Assembly (NCBI GenBank): GCA_044222475.1
Contig: JBGANF010000027.1
Location: 1 to 64,000 of the forward strand
DNA from: Polyangiaceae bacterium
GTDB lineage: Bacteria; Myxococcota_A; Polyangia; Polyangiales; Polyangiaceae
Direction of reading: 5' to 3'
Length of the DNA stretch: 64,000 nt
Below, in pieces: positions 38,768 through 48,674 of the stretch (positions within the stretch are counted from its first letter, which is position 1; every line of letters begins with the position of its first letter). The translations under genes were made by a program, and so were the position numbers. The notes beneath the pieces are model-generated. The model worked only from the letters and a program-made list of their open reading frames with translations, was not told the origin of the DNA and did not search any database.

Positions 38768-39499
38768 ATGGCCTTGCGTCAGTCCCGCCCCCGATCCGCC
38801 CGCACGCTCCGACGTGGGGGCACTCGTGGCTTCACCCTGGTGGAGCTGGCGGTCGTCGTCACGGTCATCGGGATCTTCGCGATGCTCGCCATGCCGTCGA
38901 TGGGCGACTCGCGCTACGACCGCATCGCCTACGACGACGCGGGCAGCATCATGGAGCTCGTCCGTAGCGCGCGCACCCGCGCCATGGGTCGCGGCGCGGC
39001 GGTGATGGTCACGCTCACGACGAACAACACCATCGGCAACTTCCGCATGTACGAGGCGGTCGACCCGAACCCGAGCGGCGGAAACGCAGCCGACGCTCGC
39101 ATCCCGCGCTCGACCTGCATGAACCCGACCGCCGATGCGTGGAAGCCGGGCGACACGCGCAACGCGTTCATCGACGGCGTCGACATGAACGGCGGCGCCG
39201 AGATCGACGGCAACTTCGCGGTGCGCATCGTGACCTTCGCCTCCGACGGCACCGAGAGCGTCATCCCGACGGCCTCCATCTGCTTCAACCCGGCGGGCCG
39301 CGCGTACCTGTACATCGGCGGTGGATCGCCGACCTTCTCCCCTGCCGCGCCGTTCCTCGGCACGATCGCGGTCGACGTCGTTCGCCTCCTTCCGGGCACG
39401 AGCGGCATCAGCGCCGCCAACCAGAAGGGCGTCGCCCGACGCATCCTCATTCCGTCCAGCGGCAACACCCGCATGGTCGCCGCCATCACCCTGCCATGA
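38768..39499 (+). CDS. Type IV minor pilin, FimU/FimT-like
   Basis: Prepilin cleavage RG|FTLVELAVVVTVIGIFAMLAMP; ARTRA and ICFNPAGR motifs. Confidence 0.85.
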   Translation: MALRQSRPRSARTLRRGGTRGFTLVELAVVVTVIGIFAMLAMPSMGDSRYDRIAYDDAGSIMELVRSARTRAMGRGAAVMVTLTTNNTIGNFRMYEAVDPNPSGGNAADARIPRSTCMNPTADAWKPGDTRNAFIDGVDMNGGAEIDGNFAVRIVTFASDGTESVIPTASICFNPAGRAYLYIGGGSPTFSPAAPFLGTIAVDVVRLLPGTSGISAANQKGVARRILIPSSGNTRMVAAITLP

Positions 39500-40122
39500 A
39501 GACTCGATCCAAGAAGCGCCCCCTGAACCCGTTCCGCCGCGGCTACACCGCGGTCGAGGTCCTGCTTTCGATGACGGTGCTCGCCATCGGCGCGACCGGG
39601 GTCATCGCGATGCAGCGCGCGGCGGTTCAAGGCAACGTCGACGCTCGCGAGCTCGACATGGCCAACGCAATCGGCAACGAGTGGATGGAGCGACTCAAGC
39701 GCGACGCCACCCTGTGGACGCCGGCGACCGTCGCCGTCGTTCCGCCGGCAAACCTCGGACGCGCGGTCCTCGTGAACGAGAACATCACCGGCGCGTGGTT
39801 CGTCCCGAAGGCGCGCCTCGTCGCCGCCGCGCCGCAGAACGACGTCGAGAGCCCCGGCTTCGACACGCTCGGCCGCGACGTCAGCTCGCTCGACTACACC
39901 GGCACCGGCCTCCGCTACTGCGTCAACGTGCGCCTCACCCCGATCACGACCGACCAGACCATGATCCGCGCCGAGGTCCGCGTCTATTGGCCCCGGCTCC
40001 TCACCGCATCGCCCGACCCGAAGTTCTGCAACCAGGTCCCACCGGCATCGCTCGATCTCGAGACCGACAAGTACCACTTCATCTACCTCGTCTCCGCCAT
40101 CCGGCAGAACGCGCAACCATGA
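39496..40122 (+). CDS. Type IV minor pilin, PilV-like
   Basis: RRG|YTAVEVLLSMTVLAIG; VRVYWP; ATGA overlap with the upstream gene. Confidence 0.82.
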   Translation: MKTRSKKRPLNPFRRGYTAVEVLLSMTVLAIGATGVIAMQRAAVQGNVDARELDMANAIGNEWMERLKRDATLWTPATVAVVPPANLGRAVLVNENITGAWFVPKARLVAAAPQNDVESPGFDTLGRDVSSLDYTGTGLRYCVNVRLTPITTDQTMIRAEVRVYWPRLLTASPDPKFCNQVPPASLDLETDKYHFIYLVSAIRQNAQP

Positions 40123-41456
40123 GCACGCGATCCCAAAAGCGGCGCCACGTTCGTCGTCTCCGCGGCTTCACCCTCGTCGAGCTGATGGTCTCGATGACGG
40201 CTGGGTTGTTCGTCGCGCTCGCCGTGGTCGCGCTCTCGCAGCAAGCGACGACGACGTTCCACGAAGAGAGCCGCACGGCCACCGCGGAGATGTCGCTGCG
40301 CACGGCGATCGAACGGCTCCGCGGCGATCTGATCCGCGCGTCGTACATGAGCACGCCCAACATCCAGAAGGATCCGCTCATCGCGCACGCGCCGGACCAA
40401 CCGAACGTCCCGACCACGTTCCCCGCCGGCATCAAGCTCCTCGCCGGGTTGCGGCTCATCCACCCGTCGCCGGCGAAGAACCTGCCGCTCTCGGTCCTCA
40501 ACGCGTTGACGCCGGACACGCTCGAGATCAGCGGCAACATGACGACGACGGACTCGTACGTCGTCCGCATCATGGACGCTGGCGGCGGCTGCGGTGGCCA
40601 GCGACTCACGCTCGCGATCGACTCGCCGGCGATGTGGCGCGTCCTGGCGACGCCGGACCCCGACGCGACGTTCGAGTCCGCGTTCCAACCGATGGCGGGC
40701 GGCGCCTTCATCGTGCGCGTCGAGGACGACACGGGTCACTACCAGTTCGTGCAGACGTGCACCGGCAAGGCGGCCGGGATCACCGGAAGCGGCCTCACGG
40801 CGGTCGCCTACGTGGACGTCGCATCGACGACGCCGGTCCTCACCGCGGCGGACACGAAGACCCAAGGCGGCGCGGTCGGGCTCGGCGTCGGCCGGCTCAG
40901 CGTGAACCCGGTGCAGACGGTGCGTTGGGAGGTCCGACCAATCGACACGACCCAGACGCGCGACAACCCGTACAAGGAGCTCTACCTCACCGCGGCGGTC
41001 GACGGCGGCTCGTCCGACAAGTACGAGCTCTTCCGCACGTACGTCGACGCGGCCGGGACGTTGGTCGATCAGACCGAGCTCGTCGCCGAGTACGCGGTCG
41101 ACTTCAAGGTGGCGTTCAGCGCGGACCTCGTCGATGCGACGACCGACCCGAACCGCACCCTCACGGTGTACGGCATGAGCGACACCGCGCTGAACGAGGC
41201 CCTCGCGGATGACGTCACCGTCGTCCGCCCGCACGGCCCGGAACGAATTCGGTCGGTGCGGTTCCGCTTGTCGACGCGCTCGTCGATCGCGGACCGCGAA
41301 GCGCCCCTCATCGCACCGGCGGCGAACGCCCAGCAAGGCGACTACCCGCTCCGTTACTGCATCTCCCAAGCCGGCTGCACCGCGAGCGGCTGGTCTCGCG
41401 TCCGCACGACGACGAGCGAGGTCACGGTCATGAACCAAGCACGGATGTTCTACTGA
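40119..41456 (+). CDS. Type IV minor pilin, PilW-like
   Basis: RG|FTLVELMVSM, LRGDLIRA, IRSVRFRLSTRS; large globular domain. Confidence 0.82.
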   Translation: MSTRSQKRRHVRRLRGFTLVELMVSMTAGLFVALAVVALSQQATTTFHEESRTATAEMSLRTAIERLRGDLIRASYMSTPNIQKDPLIAHAPDQPNVPTTFPAGIKLLAGLRLIHPSPAKNLPLSVLNALTPDTLEISGNMTTTDSYVVRIMDAGGGCGGQRLTLAIDSPAMWRVLATPDPDATFESAFQPMAGGAFIVRVEDDTGHYQFVQTCTGKAAGITGSGLTAVAYVDVASTTPVLTAADTKTQGGAVGLGVGRLSVNPVQTVRWEVRPIDTTQTRDNPYKELYLTAAVDGGSSDKYELFRTYVDAAGTLVDQTELVAEYAVDFKVAFSADLVDATTDPNRTLTVYGMSDTALNEALADDVTVVRPHGPERIRSVRFRLSTRSSIADREAPLIAPAANAQQGDYPLRYCISQAGCTASGWSRVRTTTSEVTVMNQARMFY

Positions 41457-42151
41457 TGAAAAACGCTCCCCTCCGCTCCCTCAAGCTTCGCGCGCGCCGG
41501 CGCAACGCCCAGCGCGGTGCGGTCGTGTTCATCGTCGCGATGACCCTCGCGGTCTTGGCGTCGATCGGCCTCTACGCGCTCCAGAGCGCATCGACCGAGG
41601 TGAAGACGAGCGGCTACGGGCGACAGAACGCGCAGTCCCGCTACCTCAGCGAGTACGGCGTCCACGTCGGAGCGAACGCGATGGGTGGCACCACCGGCCA
41701 GCTGTACGTCGGCTTGATGAAGTCGCAGACCCAGCGCGACGCGGCGTGCACGTCGCTCATCGGCGTGGACGTCAACGCGTCGGGCCTCTCGAAGGCGTGC
41801 CGCCGCATGGGCGCGGTCGAGCTCGCCAACGCGTGGGGCACGAGCAAGAACGCCATCGAGCCGGTCGCCGCGAACAAGGCCGGCAGCCTCGGCTTCAACG
41901 ACATGACCGGCGACTTCTACGTCGAGCTCACCGACCCGGCGCCGGCCGGAGCGATGTACGGGATCGATACGCGTCTCGGCCTTTGCTACACGAAGATCAC
42001 CGTCCTCGCCGTCGGCATCACGCGACCGGACACGGTCGCGCTCGCGAGCAAGGGCATCACTCTCGGCGACCGCGCCCTCTACGGGTCGCAAGGTCTCATC
42101 AACTCTCGAGCCCGCGTGATCGCGGGCCCGATGCGCGACGGATGCAACTGA
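41456..42151 (+). CDS. Type IV minor pilin, PilX-like
   Basis: QRG|AVVFIVAMTLAVLASIG lacking Glu5, as in PilX; YLSEYG; located just before PilY1. Confidence 0.78.
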   Translation: MKNAPLRSLKLRARRRNAQRGAVVFIVAMTLAVLASIGLYALQSASTEVKTSGYGRQNAQSRYLSEYGVHVGANAMGGTTGQLYVGLMKSQTQRDAACTSLIGVDVNASGLSKACRRMGAVELANAWGTSKNAIEPVAANKAGSLGFNDMTGDFYVELTDPAPAGAMYGIDTRLGLCYTKITVLAVGITRPDTVALASKGITLGDRALYGSQGLINSRARVIAGPMRDGCN

Positions 42152-42161
42152 AAGCACGACC

Positions 42162-45100
42162 ATGCACATGAACCTCCCCTCGCTCCGTGTCCTCGTCGAA
42201 CGTCGTCGCGTGCTGCGCGCCGGGTCGCTCGGGCTGCTCGCGTTCGCGACCGCTCTCTCGTGTGCCCACAGCGCTCGCGCGCAGTCGGTCGACGTGAACC
42301 CGCCGCTCCCGAACGCGCTCATCCTCCTCGACACCTCGGGCTCGATGGAGAAGATGATCGACGGAACGGACCCCGAATCCGCGGGCGCGGCCTGCAGCCC
42401 CGGCGTCCAGACCGCGCCGAACCGCTGGGGCGCTGCGCTCCAGTCGCTCACCGGCGACATCGCGCCGTACTACAGCTGCTACGCGATGCCGCGAACCCGC
42501 AACAGCGAGTTCGATCTCGAGTACCGCATCAACGGCAACGTCCCCTACGACGTCGACTACTTCCTCCCCTACCACCGCCCGGCGGCCGGCAACTCCGCCG
42601 GCACCGCGTGCCTCGTCGCACCGGGCGACCTCCCCGGATCCCCGCCCGGCCAGGGCGTCGGCAACCCGCCGAAGGGCGCGGGGGGTCTCGCGACCGACTT
42701 CCCGACGAGCGCGATCACGACCCGCTTGGCGTCCGGTCAGGTGGGCTCGTGCAACTTCGATCAGTACGCGAACGGCGTCCTCGACTCGGCGCGCGACATG
42801 ATCCGCTTCGGCCTGATGACGTACGATCAGGACCCCAACGAAGGCGTCGGCATCAACAACACGACGACGGTCGCCAACACGCCGCTCACCCCGTTCGACG
42901 GGCAGTGGAGCTACTACCCCGGCTGGAAGAACGGCACCGGCGGGCTCAGCGGCAAGCCGGCGGACTGCACCGTGGCGTCACTCTTCGAGCTCGGCGCGCG
43001 CAACCCGGCCGCTCCCCCGTGGGAGGGCCGCTTCATGCAGTTCCCGGCGGCCGCGGCGACGATCGCCACCGTCCAAGGGCAGAACGATCGCATCCAACTC
43101 GCGATCAACGCGATGCGACCGTACGGCGCCACGCCGACCGCTGCGATGTTCTCGGACGCGAAGTACTACTTCTGGACCGATCCCGACGGCCCGCAACAGA
43201 ACGACGCCTACGTCCAGGGCGACTGCCGCGACGAGTACATCGTCTTCATCTCGGACGGCGCGCCCAACCAAGACCTGCGCCCCGCCTGCGGGTCCACGCC
43301 GATCGATCCGCAGAAGCCCGGCGTCTGCCCGTACGCCCTCCCCGAAGACACGGCGCTGGAGCTCGCCACCGGCGGAGCCAGCAAGCACAAGGTGAAGACC
43401 TTCGTGATCGGCTTCGCCGTGAGCTCGGTGCAAGACGGCAACACGCTGGTCAAGTGCTCCGACCTCGTCACGAACTCGACGCTGTCGTCGGTGTGCAGCG
43501 ACCCGTCGAAGCAGGCGACCTACGGCGCGTGCTGCACGCTCCAGAAGATCGCGATCGCGGGTGGTACCAGCAACGCGTACTTCGCCGACACCGCCGGTGA
43601 CCTCAACAAGGCGCTCGGCGCGATCATCGCGAACATCGCGAAGAACGTGACGACCCGCACGCTCCCTGCGTACTCGCCCGTCGTCTCCAACCCGTCGGTC
43701 AACCCGAACTCGAAGGTCACGAACGCGGCGATGTTCCTCTCGTCGTTCGCGCCGATCCCGGGCAAGCCGTGGGTCGGTACGGTCCAACGGCAGCGCTATC
43801 AATGCACCTTCAACAACAACAGCTACACCGTGCCGCCGCCGGTGGTCGACGTGACGAAGGGCGACGACTTCGCCGCGAACCTCAACCTCCCCGGCGCTCA
43901 AGCGAAGCGAACGTTCCGGTCGGTGCTCGCCGACAGCATCTCGAGCATCCCGCAGTCGGGCGGGACGGTGCGTCCCTACATCTCCGCGTCTCTCCCGGGC
44001 GTGCACGGCGACGACAAGCTCGGCACCCTCGGCGGCACGCTCGTCGGAAGCAACGCGTCCGGCCTCAAGACGGCGCTCACTCCGGAAGCGCTCAACATCA
44101 ACGGCACCTCGTGCCCCAACCAGACGGGTACGCAGCACCTCACCGCCGCGTCCTGCCGCAACATCACGCTCGACTTCACCCTCGGTGAGGCCACGAGCGA
44201 CGCGATGCCGGACTTCACGTTCAACCCGTTCCAGTCGCGCGCCGGCTTCGTGATGGGCGACATCTATCACTCGACGCCGACCGTCGTCGGACCCCCGAGC
44301 GCCAACCTCGCCGACGAGTCCTACCGCGCGTTCGCGTCGACGACCGCGACGCGCAAGACCGTCCTCTACACGGCGACGAACGACGGGCTCCTCCACGCAT
44401 TCGACACCGACGTCGACAACACCAACCGCGACGCGAACGAGCTCTGGGCGTTCCTCCCGCCTGCCGTCCTCCCCAAGCTGCTCTCCACGTACCCGGGGTC
44501 GCACCAGCTGCTGCTCGATGGCGCGCCGGTCGTGCGCGACGTCGTGTTCGATCGGTCGAAGGCGGCCAACAGCTTGCTCGCCGCGACGAACTGGCACACG
44601 GCGCTCGTCGCCGGGTTCGGCTCGGGCAACCGCGGGTACTACGCGCTCGACGTGACCGACCCCGCGCCGACCACCGACCTCACGAAGGGACCGAAGCTGC
44701 TATGGCAGCTCACCGACATGCCGAAGTACCAGAACGCCGCGCAGCGCGAGCTGTTCGGCCAGCACTCGGTCACGCCGGCGATCACGACGATCTTCGCCGA
44801 CCTCGACGGCTCGGGCGCCCACGAGATCGGCGTCGCGATCCTCCCGGGCGGCAGCGACGCTCCGGCCACCGGCGCATCGTGCGATCGCATGGGCACCGTC
44901 GGCAACGACGCAGCGCCGGCCGGCTACCCGCGCCGCGACAAGGTCCGCTGCTGGGCCGCGTCCGGCGCTCCGGTGGCCGGCCGTTCGGTCACCGTGGTGC
45001 GCCTCGACACCGGAGAAGTCCTCCGCGTGTTCGGTCGCCAGGCCGACCTTCCGGAGGCGCTCATCGCGGCGAACCGAGTCGGCACGGTCGAGACGCCGCT

Positions 45101-45986
45101 CGACTCGCCGATGACCGGCGTGCCGGTGGTCTACCCGGCGACGCCAGGCGCGGTGGCGCAGAAGGCGTTCATCGGCGACGAGGACGGCACGATCTGGCGC
45201 TTCGATTTCACGAACACCGATCCGAAGCTCTGGACCGGCGAGCTCTTCTACGACGCCTACAACGCGACCGTCGACGCGAGCGCGACGAACTGGAACGACG
45301 GCCAGCCGCTGCAGACGCCGCCGGTGCTCGCGCTCGATCGCCGCGGCGCGCTCGTCATCGCGATCGCCACCGGCGACCAGGAGACCTACACCCCGACCGG
45401 CAAGAACTTCGTCGCATCGCTCTCCGAGAAGTCGAACGGCACGAAGCTCATCGCCGACCTGAACTGGTACCTCCCGTTCACGAGCGGCGAGCGCGTCTCG
45501 GGTCCCATGACGATCTTCGACAGCACGCTCTACTTCTCGACCTACGCGCCGCCGAGCAACGCCGGCGTGTGCGCGGGTGGGTCGGCCAAGATGTGGGGCC
45601 ACGACTTCGTGCTCCCCCAAGACACGACCGACCTCTCCCTCGGCGGCAAGTATCGCCTGCAACCTCCGTCGAACCCGCCGCCGTCGCCGCCGCAGTACAT
45701 CGTCCCGGCGACGTACGATCCGACGCTCGCCGGCAAGCTCATCCCCGGCGTCTCGGTCAACGTCACCCCGGCCTGCGCCGACACGTCCAGCTCGATCAAC
45801 GATCAGTACACGGGCGGCGCCCACACCCTCGCGAACTACGTCACGCCGGGCAGCTACCAGCTCGTCGCCCAGGTCGGCGGCAAGAACAGCGGCAACAACG
45901 GAGCGGCGAACGCCACCTTCAGCGTGAACCTGCCCTCACCGCGCAACGTGTCGCTCGTCGACTCGTGGGCATCGATCGTCGAATGA
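42162..45986 (+). CDS. pilY1: PilY1/PilC-type pilus tip adhesin (vWA + beta-propeller)
   Basis: ILLDTSGSM (MIDAS), ISDG, TFVIGF; MGDIYHSTP, ATNDGLLHAF, ELWAFLP, LLDG, YYALDVTDP, DLDGSG Ca-type loop, GDEDGTIWRFD. Confidence 0.88.
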   Translation: MHMNLPSLRVLVERRRVLRAGSLGLLAFATALSCAHSARAQSVDVNPPLPNALILLDTSGSMEKMIDGTDPESAGAACSPGVQTAPNRWGAALQSLTGDIAPYYSCYAMPRTRNSEFDLEYRINGNVPYDVDYFLPYHRPAAGNSAGTACLVAPGDLPGSPPGQGVGNPPKGAGGLATDFPTSAITTRLASGQVGSCNFDQYANGVLDSARDMIRFGLMTYDQDPNEGVGINNTTTVANTPLTPFDGQWSYYPGWKNGTGGLSGKPADCTVASLFELGARNPAAPPWEGRFMQFPAAAATIATVQGQNDRIQLAINAMRPYGATPTAAMFSDAKYYFWTDPDGPQQNDAYVQGDCRDEYIVFISDGAPNQDLRPACGSTPIDPQKPGVCPYALPEDTALELATGGASKHKVKTFVIGFAVSSVQDGNTLVKCSDLVTNSTLSSVCSDPSKQATYGACCTLQKIAIAGGTSNAYFADTAGDLNKALGAIIANIAKNVTTRTLPAYSPVVSNPSVNPNSKVTNAAMFLSSFAPIPGKPWVGTVQRQRYQCTFNNNSYTVPPPVVDVTKGDDFAANLNLPGAQAKRTFRSVLADSISSIPQSGGTVRPYISASLPGVHGDDKLGTLGGTLVGSNASGLKTALTPEALNINGTSCPNQTGTQHLTAASCRNITLDFTLGEATSDAMPDFTFNPFQSRAGFVMGDIYHSTPTVVGPPSANLADESYRAFASTTATRKTVLYTATNDGLLHAFDTDVDNTNRDANELWAFLPPAVLPKLLSTYPGSHQLLLDGAPVVRDVVFDRSKAANSLLAATNWHTALVAGFGSGNRGYYALDVTDPAPTTDLTKGPKLLWQLTDMPKYQNAAQRELFGQHSVTPAITTIFADLDGSGAHEIGVAILPGGSDAPATGASCDRMGTVGNDAAPAGYPRRDKVRCWAASGAPVAGRSVTVVRLDTGEVLRVFGRQADLPEALIAANRVGTVETPLDSPMTGVPVVYPATPGAVAQKAFIGDEDGTIWRFDFTNTDPKLWTGELFYDAYNATVDASATNWNDGQPLQTPPVLALDRRGALVIAIATGDQETYTPTGKNFVASLSEKSNGTKLIADLNWYLPFTSGERVSGPMTIFDSTLYFSTYAPPSNAGVCAGGSAKMWGHDFVLPQDTTDLSLGGKYRLQPPSNPPPSPPQYIVPATYDPTLAGKLIPGVSVNVTPACADTSSSINDQYTGGAHTLANYVTPGSYQLVAQVGGKNSGNNGAANATFSVNLPSPRNVSLVDSWASIVE

Positions 45987-46498
45987 AGCTCAACCTGGTC
46001 GTTCTCTCGGTCGCGTTGGTCGCCTGCAAGGAGGAGGCGGAGCTGCCGACCTACGCCGGGCAGAGCGCGAGCGCGGCCGCGAGCGTCCCGGTGGACCACC
46101 TGGCCGAGGGCGAGCTGCTCGAAGGGAGCGAGCGGGCGTTCGAGCTGCCGCTCCCACGCGGGATGAGGGTCGACGGGCGCTTCGTCGACGTCGTGTACGC
46201 GAGCGGCGAGATCCCGCCGCAGACGCTGGCGAACTACGTCCGCGCCCGCGTCCGCGACGGCAAGGCCATGACCGGGGCGACGGGCACGGTCTTCGATCGC
46301 GTGCGCATCCCGGCCGCGCCCGACACGTACCTCGCCATCTACGTTCGGCCCGGCATTCGGCCCGACTCGAGCTGCACGCTCGAGATCCGCAACGTCACCG
46401 AGCCCAAGTCGCAGCCCGCGCCGGATGAAGAGTCGCGCTGGAAAGCGGCTGGCCTCAAGCCTGGAGGGGGGATGTTGGACCCTACCCACCTACAATGA
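45983..46498 (+). CDS. Hypothetical lipoprotein (171 aa)
   Basis: MKLNLVVLSVALVAC; ATGA overlap with the pilY1 stop. Confidence 0.75.
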   Translation: MKLNLVVLSVALVACKEEAELPTYAGQSASAAASVPVDHLAEGELLEGSERAFELPLPRGMRVDGRFVDVVYASGEIPPQTLANYVRARVRDGKAMTGATGTVFDRVRIPAAPDTYLAIYVRPGIRPDSSCTLEIRNVTEPKSQPAPDEESRWKAAGLKPGGGMLDPTHLQ

Positions 46499-46589
46499 CC
46501 CTCTGTTCGAGCTGCTGGTTTGTACGTGAAGGCGCGCCGCGTTCGCGTATTCTTTTTCCTAGCGTTCTCCTGCCCAGGGAGGCGGTCCG

Positions 46590-48674
46590 ATGAAACGTCG
46601 CTCACTCCTACTACGACTTTCGGTGCTGGCGATCAGTGGAGCAGGCCTTGCCGCGCTCACCGCGCTCGGCTCGTGCACGACCGATGGGCCGGACATGTTG
46701 GGGAGCGGATTCCTCAACAACACCAACAAGACCGACTGCTCGTCGCCGAACACCGGCTGCGCGTGCGACGCCGAAGGCGTGACGACGAGCTGCGGCGAGG
46801 TCATCCGTCGGTCGGGCGACTACGTCACCTGCTCCGAAGGAAAGCGAACCTGCGTGGGCGGGAAGTGGGGCGGCTGCGTCGGCGACAGCATCCACGTCAA
46901 GGGCGCGCCGGTCACGTTGGGCGGGCAGCACATCCTCGGGCTCCAGCAGAACCCGAGCCAGTGCCAGAACAACCCGTGCGATCCCGACTGCACGAACTAC
47001 GAGGACAACGGCGTCGGACTGGACGCGCAAGGCCTCACGCTCACCGACTCCGGCGGCACCACGCTGTCCGAGGTCGGGCCTGCGTGCGTGAACCTGCAGT
47101 GCCAGATCCCCACGTGCGATGGCGGCGGCACGACGTCGATCACCGGCACCGTCCGCGATCCCGCCGGCGTGAACCCGATCTACAACGCCACGGTCTACGT
47201 CCCGAACGGCGCGGTGACCGCGTTCGCGCCCGGCGTCAGCTCCGACCAGTGCGGCAGCAGCGGCTTCTTGAGCGGCAGCCCGATCGTGCTCACGCAGACG
47301 GCGGCGAACGGTACGTTCACGCTGAACGGCGTCCCCGCGGGCTCCAACATCCCGCTCGTCATCCAGATCGGACGATGGCGCCGCCAGATCACGATCCCCA
47401 CGGTGACCGGGTGCACTGCGAACGCACTCCCAGCGGCGGACACGCGGCTGCCCGCGAACAAGAGCGAGGGCGACATCCCGAAGATGGCGATCGCGAGCGG
47501 CGGCTGCGACCCGCTCGAGTGCCTCATCAAGCGCATCGGCGTCGACTCCGCGGAGTTCACCGTGCCGAGCGGCACCGGTCGGATCGGGTTCTACCAAGGC
47601 AACGGCGGCATGCCCCTCGCGAGCGGCGGCACGCCGTGGTGGGACACGCTGATGACCAGCCAGACCGAGATGAACAAGTACGATCTCGTGTTTCTCCCGT
47701 GCCAATGCCAAGCCGAGTACGGATCGCCGCCCGCCGGCTCGCACGACGTTCTCCGCAACTACGCGGCAGCGGGCGGGCGCATCTTCACGTCGCACTGGGG
47801 TCGCGAGTGGATCGAGAACGGCCCCAACGCGGTCTTCCCCGGAGTGGCCAACTGGGGCGGCGCGACCTACGGCAGCGCAGACCCGATGAACGTCTACGTC
47901 GACACGACGACCCCCAAGGGCGTCGCGTTCGCCGCGTGGATGACGGCCGCTGGTGCGACGAACCCGTTCTCCCAGACGCCGACCCGCTTCGACGTCCAGA
48001 CCGTCATCGCCCCGACCGAGCGCATGGCCTACGGCTGGAGCAACAACAACCCCGCGGCCAACCCGAGCGCCCCCGACAACGTCACCGACTTCGCGTTCAA
48101 CGCGCCTCTCGGCCTGCCCCCCGCTCAGCAGGTCGGGCGCGTCGTCTACGCCGACACCCACGTGTCGGGCAACGCCCTCAACGGCAACGCCTTCCAGTTC
48201 CCCGACAAGTGCGCGACGACCGCGCTCTCGGCCCAAGAGAAGGCGCTCGAGTTCCTCATCTTCGATCTATCGGCGTGCGTCGGAGCACCCGCGCCCGTGA
48301 TTCCACCGTACCCGACCTCCGCGAGCTTCGTTCGCGACTACGAGGGAATCTGCCCGGCGGGCAAAGGTCCGGTGTGGCACTTCTTCGACTGGAAGACCCA
48401 CACCCCGAGCGACTCGAGCATCGACTTCAGCGTGCAGACGGCCGACACGCAGGGCACGCTCGCAGCTGCGACCCAAGTGGCGCTTGCGTCGGTGAGCGGC
48501 GCGCCGATCCTCAACTGGACGGGCGCCGACGTGGACACGGTCCTCCAGACCATCCCCAGCAAATCCAAGTCCTGGCTGCGCGTGACCATCACGCTCAACC
48601 CGAGCGCCGACAAATTCTACGCGCCGGTGCTCGATGCCTGGCGCCAAGCCTATGATTGCGTGGACAATCAATAG
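46590..48674 (+). CDS. Cys-rich lipoprotein with carboxypeptidase-regulatory-like domain
   Basis: Lipobox LGSC, many Cys pairs, ITGTVRDPAGVNPIYNATVYVP, IPLVIQIGRWRR, QEKALEFLIFDLSAC. Confidence 0.8.
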   Translation: MKRRSLLLRLSVLAISGAGLAALTALGSCTTDGPDMLGSGFLNNTNKTDCSSPNTGCACDAEGVTTSCGEVIRRSGDYVTCSEGKRTCVGGKWGGCVGDSIHVKGAPVTLGGQHILGLQQNPSQCQNNPCDPDCTNYEDNGVGLDAQGLTLTDSGGTTLSEVGPACVNLQCQIPTCDGGGTTSITGTVRDPAGVNPIYNATVYVPNGAVTAFAPGVSSDQCGSSGFLSGSPIVLTQTAANGTFTLNGVPAGSNIPLVIQIGRWRRQITIPTVTGCTANALPAADTRLPANKSEGDIPKMAIASGGCDPLECLIKRIGVDSAEFTVPSGTGRIGFYQGNGGMPLASGGTPWWDTLMTSQTEMNKYDLVFLPCQCQAEYGSPPAGSHDVLRNYAAAGGRIFTSHWGREWIENGPNAVFPGVANWGGATYGSADPMNVYVDTTTPKGVAFAAWMTAAGATNPFSQTPTRFDVQTVIAPTERMAYGWSNNNPAANPSAPDNVTDFAFNAPLGLPPAQQVGRVVYADTHVSGNALNGNAFQFPDKCATTALSAQEKALEFLIFDLSACVGAPAPVIPPYPTSASFVRDYEGICPAGKGPVWHFFDWKTHTPSDSSIDFSVQTADTQGTLAAATQVALASVSGAPILNWTGADVDTVLQTIPSKSKSWLRVTITLNPSADKFYAPVLDAWRQAYDCVDNQ

